Shown one piece after another: positions 56,997 through 64,000 of a stretch of DNA of 64,000 bases. The notes below the pieces were generated by a model. It ran no database searches, was not told where the DNA came from, and saw nothing but the letters and a program-made list of their open reading frames with translations. Position numbers and translations under genes: made by a program. This DNA comes from Eledone cirrhosa (lineage: Eukaryota): positions 148,986,001 to 149,050,000 of the forward strand of contig OZ024740.1 of assembly GCA_964016885.1 (NCBI GenBank), in the 5' to 3' direction. The stretch's first letter is position 1, and each line of letters starts with the position of its first letter.

Positions 56997-59900
56997 TAAT
57001 ATTTATATTACAACACAACGGAAAATACTGTATATTTACCTCCTGTAAAGTCGAGCAACCCACACAGCAAACGCAACCACAACAATGGAAAAACACTACC
57101 TGGATATGTCACTCAAAAACATACCAACCCAAGGTAGAAAGGAATATTTATTGAGTATGATTCAATAAACTAATGAATTCATTCGACGTGTCAGGTGGAA
57201 AACGCTCCACTATGATAGAAGCCGTATGAACTCAACATTGGAAAGTGGTGTAAATAACAAATTCGGTTTTAGGACTTGTAAAAACCCACCCACCAACCCA
57301 CTATTAAATGCATTTGAGCAGGACCTTATGAACTTAATCCTTAAAATTAAATTCAAAGGACGCAACACCAACAGCAAATTACAGAAAGTTATAAAAAAAC
57401 TACTGGACGACCTTAAAAACACCAAAGGAATTGTAGTAAAACCGGACAAAACATCAAACCTGTATACTATGGATTGCACTACATAAAACAACTTCATTCG
57501 AAAAGAATTACATAAAAAATATAGAAAAACGAATGAAGTAACTCTTAAGCACATCAATGATGAGGCATGCGAAATAGTGAAAAATCTCGGAATCGAAGAT
57601 AGGACAGGACCACTCTTACCGGCGGTACCCACCTTCAATCTTAAGGACCATAAGGTAAACTTTGATAATGACCCTAAAATTAGATTAATCTGCCCCTCTA
57701 AATCAGATATAGGTAAAATAAGCAAATATATCTTAGATAGAATCATCCCCCAAATTAAGGCTAAGGTTAACATTAAACTCTGGGGGAAGACCCAAGAAGC
57801 AATAAGATGGTTTAATAGCATTAGCAATAAGAATAAATCTAAGTTTATCCAGTTTGATATCGATGAATATTACTCATCGATATCACCTGAAACATTGAAT
57901 AGAGCCATTAAGTTTGCTAAGGATAACTCTGACCTTACAAACGATGAAATTAAGATTATATTAGAAGCTAGGAAAACTATAGTCAAATTTGAGAACAGTT
58001 ATTGGGTACGTAAAGATAGACCCTCTAACTTTGACATAACAATGGGCTCTAACGATTCGGCGGAAATAACTGATATTGTGGGGTTATTTATCGCCTTTAG
58101 ACTCCAGGAAAAATTCAGCAATCTCCACGGCGGAATATACCGCGACGATGTTCTCCTCCTAGTTAAGAACCTAAATAACCAAAAACTAGAAAAACTACGC
58201 AAAGATATAAGAAAACTACTACTTGAAATAGGACTAACTATAACATATGAATACAACCTTAAAGTAGTTAACTTCCTGGATGTCACACTCACTTTAAACT
58301 CTGGTTTGATTAAACCGTTTCATAAATTGAATGAAAATCTCAAATACGTAAATGTTGGGTCTAACCACCCCATCTCTATAATTAAATCTATCCCTAAAAA
58401 TATTTCCCTTGGAATCTCGGGTCTATCTTCTAACATACAAGTATTTAAGGAACACGCCGAGTACTACGATAACGCCCTTAATAAAGCAGGCTACCTCAAC
58501 AAAATAGAGTATATAGATGGGAACAATCAAAACACCCAAAATAAATCCCACATAGGTAGATATAATAACACAATACCAAACCACACTTACTACCATAGTA
58601 TGCACACCAGTAAACCAACAAACAAAACTAATAGAAAGCGATGCAAAGAGTACTTATGGTATAACCCCGAATACAATAGTTCCATTAGTACAAATTTACC
58701 AGTACTCTTCTTTAAAATAATTAAGAGACATTTTCCTACATCACACAAATACCACAAAATCCTAAACCCTACCACTATAAGACTGTCATACTCTACAGCG
58801 TTAAACCTTGAACAACACATAAAAAAGATCAATACTAGAAGGTTAAACGAAAACACTAAGAACTTAAGTATAAAGAACACACAAAAAAAAAAGTAGACAA
58901 TACACTACAGAACATAAATAAACCACACCTAAGTTCGTCCGCAATACTACTCCAAAGAAAACCCAACGTACACAACTGTAACTGCACCGATCCTGACAAC
59001 TGCCCCCTCGGCAATAACTGCCTGGAAAAAAATATTATTTATAAGTGTACCATTAAATCCGGAGGCAACGAGTGGTATTACGTGGGATCAACGGCAACAT
59101 CGTTTAAATCTCGATTATATAGGCATTCTTACTCAATAAAACACCAGAGCCAAAGAAATGTAACAACTTTAGCAGAAAAAGCTTGGACGCTCAGGGATAG
59201 CGATCAAAAGTTTACGCTAAAATGGGAGAAATTAGCTAAAACCCAAAGCTTTTCCAGGAGCCAAAATTTCTGCAAATTGTGTAATCTTGAGATTTATTAC
59301 ATAATCACACACAAGAAGAAATTGCTGAATAACAGAATTGAACGAACATTATTCTGCCGTCACAGAACTAAAACCCTTTTTTCCCACTACAAGCCGAATA
59401 TTACATAAAAGAGGGACATCCCCCAACTATATAAACCTCAATCTAGTTAGAAAAATATAAAAATAATCTCTTCTCAACATATATTAATAACCTTAAATTA
59501 CCACACTAATAATGGAAAGATATGCTGATGAGAATAGGTGCAAATATGCGATAATGAATGTGTCTAAAAACGTCCATAAGTATGTATATATATGTGAAAA
59601 TGTATATAAATAGGTAAATATATATATATGTTTGATGTGTATAGTTAGATGTAAGTGTATTCATGTATTAAAGTGCTTATATATATATATATATATATAT
59701 ATAGATGTGTATGTACATATATACATACTCTAGTCTATGTGTACACATAGACTAGAGTATGTATGTATATATGTGTGTGTCTATACGTGTGTATATAAAT
59801 TAAGTTGAGTATGAAAATGTATACACATGAACGCGTATGTATGTACATGAATACATGTGTGTATACATATATGTATGCATGTGTATATGTATGTAAGTAT

Positions 59901-60418
59901 GAATATGTGAATGTGAGTATATGTATTTTGTAGAGGTGTGCAAATATATTTGTGTGTGAATGCGTGGGTGAAAGGATACGTACACTTGAAAGAAAAATTT
60001 AAGTCTGAATGTTAATTAAGTGCAAACACAAAACCAACCACGCATATCTTTACTATCTCTAATCCTTCTATAGATTTAGAAAAATAACCAATAATATATT
60101 CTATAAAAATGTCAAAACAACAGATGGGAATCTAATTACTCACTGCCACCAAAAATTCTCACTGCTATCAAAAAACCACTCCCTCAACTATTCTTCTAAC
60201 AACTTCACCCTTCCCTCCTAATATTCTCTATAAAAACCAAATGGGTCCTCAGTAATATTATTCTGATGAAATGACAGTAAATAATAACATTGAAATATTG
60301 AATGTCTGCATAACTAAAACTTTGTAGATAGCAGCTGTTTTCAGGTTATGTAACGGTTATAGAAACACGTGTCAATAAATTCCTTTCAACTAAACTGTAT
60401 CCATTCAAATCTTTCTAT
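56997..60418 (+). mobile_element. Inverted second copy of the same Neptune PLE; disrupted ORF 57085-59408
   Basis: Near-identical reverse complement of the left copy. Stops at 57166 and 57484, frameshift near 58890. Ends in (TA)n. Confidence 0.93.
60258..60378 (+). ncRNA. Hammerhead in the Neptune terminal repeat (sense to the host gene)
   Basis: CTGATGA at 60263, GAAAC at 60362, palindromic ACACGTGT, GTC at 60371-60373, TTATT/AATAA stem I. Confidence 0.68.
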
Positions 60419-60421
60419 ATT

Positions 60422-60533
<112 letters not shown>

Positions 60534-60584
60534 TATACATATATATTATATACATATTTATATATATATATACATGTATATGTA

Positions 60585-60635
<51 letters not shown>

Positions 60636-60663
60636 CAAAGGAATTGTGGTAAGATATTAATTC

Positions 60664-60713
<50 letters not shown>

Positions 60714-60775
60714 TATTATATACATATTTATATATATATATACATGTATATGTATGTGTGTATATATATATATAT

Positions 60776-60958
60776 AACAAAGGAATTGTGGTAAGCAACC
60801 AGATAGACCATAACGCACCAGAGTACTCAATACTTAGGGTAGTAGAGTGGGAAATAGGAAAAAAGTATGACCCCGACAGCAGAGCTCAAGCCGTTTCGAC
60901 GACCATTTCTGGACTCCAGAAACGGCTTGAGCTCTGCCGTCGGGGTCATACTTTTTCC

Positions 60959-60960
<2 letters not shown>
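60776..60960. repeat. HHR-half family copy with terminal hairpin
   Basis: Same family as 50851-51030. Confidence 0.85.
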
Positions 60961-61054
<94 letters not shown>

Positions 61055-61127
61055 AGAGAAAGATATACATATATATATACATATATATATATATACATGT
61101 ATATGTATGTGTGTATAGATACATTTA

Positions 61128-61158
<31 letters not shown>

Positions 61159-61204
61159 GAAAGGTATAGAAAACATTGTAGCGAAAAGCCAACAGTATTC
61201 CATA

Positions 61205-61258
<54 letters not shown>

Positions 61259-61548
61259 AAACATGGGAACAAAGAGGAAAACTGCGTGGTTGCACATGGG
61301 TTACATATTATAAAATTAGTCCCTCATCAGTGATTTGCCACCCATCATTGGTATTTCATCGCATTAAAAATCATATACCTCAGGTTGGTGCGAGCAATAA
61401 CTAAAATAAGCTATTGGGACAAGTGAATCGCGTAAAGCGAGTGAGACAAGTAAACAACATATATATATATACATATATATATATACACACACATATATAT
61501 ATGTAACAATATATTAACAAATGGAAACTATATTTATAAAACCATATT

Positions 61549-61614
61549 TATTTCATTATACATATTTCAAGGGCCACCAAGGCAAACTATGGTGCGCTTT
61601 CATCAGATAAAATA
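61549..61614 (-). ncRNA. Type I hammerhead in a short (TA)n-flanked insert (~61505-61710)
   Basis: Minus strand: TATTTTAT-CTGATGA-AAGCGCACCA..TGGTGGCCCTT-GAA-ATATGTAT-A-ATGAAATA. Stem I is 8 bp with one G-U; AUA triplet. Confidence 0.72.
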
Positions 61615-62265
61615 TAATATACGTTAGTTTTATAAATAAATATTGACATACCCTGAAAAACTGCAACCATTCTTTTGCTTGTTGTATCCCAACAAATTAA
61701 ATATAACCTCTACATATATATATATGTATGTGTGTGTGTGATTGTGCATGCATACATGCATAATATATGTGTACATATAAAATCACAAAATTGGTATTTT
61801 CTGAAGTATAGGGGAAATTTGGAATTAATATAGCTTCTTTGGGAAGCTACCACAGTGAAGATAACAACACATAATAGAGAATGAGTCGAGCAAAGAAGCT
61901 CAAAAGACGAAGAAGGCCGGCTGTAACCATCCTTCCTTAGTTGGTCATTGATAAATTAGGGAGATTCTCACTGCTTCTGTAATTAGTGTTTCTTGACGCA
62001 TTGAAGGATGCAGAGTTACCTAGGGTTTTCTGCCCTTCGAACTCTCCTATACCATCAGAATCTCCCCGGAAAACGTCATAGAATTTTTACAACCAGGTGT
62101 TAATCAGTAAATTTACCTTAAGCACACACAGTATACGTAGACCGACAAAACTCCATGCTTCCACACTGTTGTTGGATCTCAAATCCGCTCGTAGCCTCTG
62201 GATGTTTCTTTCCCAAGCTAACTATTATTGAACCTACATGATTTTTTTTTTCTAAAACTATTTTA

Positions 62266-62267
<2 letters not shown>

Positions 62268-62296
<29 letters not shown>

Positions 62297-62402
62297 CTTC
62301 TTCTTCTTCTTCTTCTTCTTCTTCTTCTTCTTCTTCTTCTTCTTCTTCTTCTTCTTCTTCTTCTTCTTCTTCTACTTCTTCTTCTTTTTCTTCTTCTTCT
62401 TC
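62268..62402. repeat. (TTC)n microsatellite
   Basis: Direct reading of the sequence. Confidence 0.95.
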
Positions 62403-62764
62403 GCCCACTCATTCTTGGGAAAGTAGTGGGGTCTGAGTCTTAAACATGCTCTCCAGTGGGTCCCAGCAGATATACAACCATCTCCAATTGATGCAGCTGG
62501 ACTCCCGTGGTGTTATTTATAAAATCTGTCCGATTGCGTGACAAATGTACGAACGTATCCGTGAATAGATGTAATTAAACTTAACTAATATTACTTAGTA
62601 CTAAATACTACATCAAACGCAAATAGGATCTGTTCTATAACAACGATTTACTAAGTATATTCACAATTTGTTTCTATGTATTTGTTTTTTTAATTGTGTG
62701 TCTCAATCTTTATAGAAATGGGTATTGCATATTATTATTAAAGTTAGTTCAATGTTTCTGTCAG

Positions 62765-62883
62765 ATTATTTTCAGAAGAGGATCCCCAGTGGATAGGAGC
62801 TTGGTGGTTATCATTTTTAGTTTCAGCAGTGATAGCTCTCTTAATTGTTCCATTAATGATGGCTTACAAGAAAGAACTGCCGG
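62765..62883 (+). CDS. SLCO: SLCO/OATP coding exon 5 carrying the OATP signature (not in the ORF track frame)
   Basis: CTGTCAG acceptor (phase 2, matching exon 4); LFSEEDPQWIGAWWLSFLVSAVIALLIVPLMMAYKKELPG, which fits the D-x-RW-(I/V)-GAWW signature; G|GTATGT donor. Confidence 0.95.
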
Positions 62884-63613
62884 GTATGTTTATCGTTTGG
62901 TTTTTATGCTTATTTTCTGTTCATTGAGTTCTCAGAATATAAATTTCGCGCACTAATAACAGAATTTTTTAAATAATGATATCTCAAAATGTAGAGTATA
63001 ACTATATTTCAATTATGGTTTTTCAATGAACTTTGGAGTTAATTTATCCATTATTTTCCACATCGTATCATTTGCGTTAACATATCACCGGACAACATTT
63101 CCAACACAATGAGGATTATATAATTAAATGTGAAAATATGTAATCATTAGTATTGAGTTTCGAAATAACTAAGGATAGAGTTTTATCAGAATATGCTATA
63201 ATAAATTAGATAAATTTGCCTAGCTTTTGAAATACCTTTGTAAATGTAATAATTTATAAGGTGCACAGATGATGCATAATCATTATAAATTTCCCTATTA
63301 AAATGTTTCGCACCAATGATTTAATGTCAGAAAGTAACAGGTTATATTTAATACAGTTAAAAGCAGTTTGTGAATTTAACTAGTAACACTATTTGTTTCA
63401 ATACCATTTTAACTAACTTAGAATATTAATTGAAATTTCGTAAATCTAAGTAAGTTATTCTGAATTATGAAATATGAGCAGAATTTATACACATAGAAAT
63501 AGCTACTTTTATATTTTATCTGAATTAAATGTGTGCGATACTAAAGATCCGAAGCTGCACTATTGCCATGTTCGAGACACATAATTCTTCTTGGATCATT
63601 CCAACAAGCTGTA

Positions 63614-64000
63614 AATAAGTAAATAAGTATCACTGTAAATAAGTATCATTGCATATTGTTCGCACCTTTAAGGATAGAATTTTACAACTAAAGATGTATA
63701 CATCCAGCCACATTTTGAACAAAAAATATCATGCGTATGCTCTAATTAGAAAGGTTTTACCAGTGTGGTAAACATTTGAAACACCGTTTAGTTGTAAACA
63801 CATTTGAAACACTCTTTAGTTGTAAAATTCTATCCTTAAAGGTGCGAACACTATGCAATGATACTTATTTACAGTGATATTTATTTACTTATTGAGTGTT
63901 TCAAATGTGTTTACAACTAAACGGTGTTTCAAATGGTAAAACCTTTCTAATTAGAGAATACGCATGATATTTTTGTTCAAAATGTGGCTGGATGTATACA
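63614..64000. repeat. Interleaved inverted repeat A-B-A'-B'
   Basis: A 63614-63694 pairs with A' 63813-63893; B 63695-63814 pairs with B' 63894-64000. Confidence 0.85.

Noticed and set aside
56019-57827. Hydrophobic ORFs antisense to the Neptune RT
   Set aside because: They are shadow frames of the PLE coding strand.
61290-61340. Minus-strand CTGATGAGGG
   Set aside because: No matching GAAA or stem I partner was found.
62118-62408. Poly-Glu ORF
   Set aside because: It is a translation of the (TTC)n repeat.

Overview
This is an AT-rich, microsatellite-laden animal genomic window, probably cephalopod/octopus (inferred from the Nin-core tRNA-SINEs and the repeat landscape). One host gene is present on the + strand: an organic-anion-transporting polypeptide (SLCO/OATP, SLCO4-like). 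Five phase-compatible coding exons are visible (18220-18706, 45157-45432, 47248-47412, 50142-50238, 62765-62883) and the gene continues past the window. The rest is mostly mobile DNA: several Penelope-like elements (PLEs), including a 7.2-kb head-to-head Neptune-type pair; a degraded Helitron carrying three nested R4/Dong-type RLE LINEs in a (TAA)n tract; a near-intact Tx1/L1 LINE plus three 3' stubs in (GATA)n; an RTE remnant; a mariner-type remnant; and SINEs. The main unexplained signal is a set of short non-coding elements sitting in (TA)n tracts, as tandem dimers, terminally redundant units or palindromes. Read by eye, they carry type I hammerhead ribozyme (HHR) motifs, several with unusually long stem II and a non-canonical first stem II pair. 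They look like retrozyme-like or non-autonomous PLE derivatives. All RNA folds and alignments were done by eye and need computational and biochemical confirmation.
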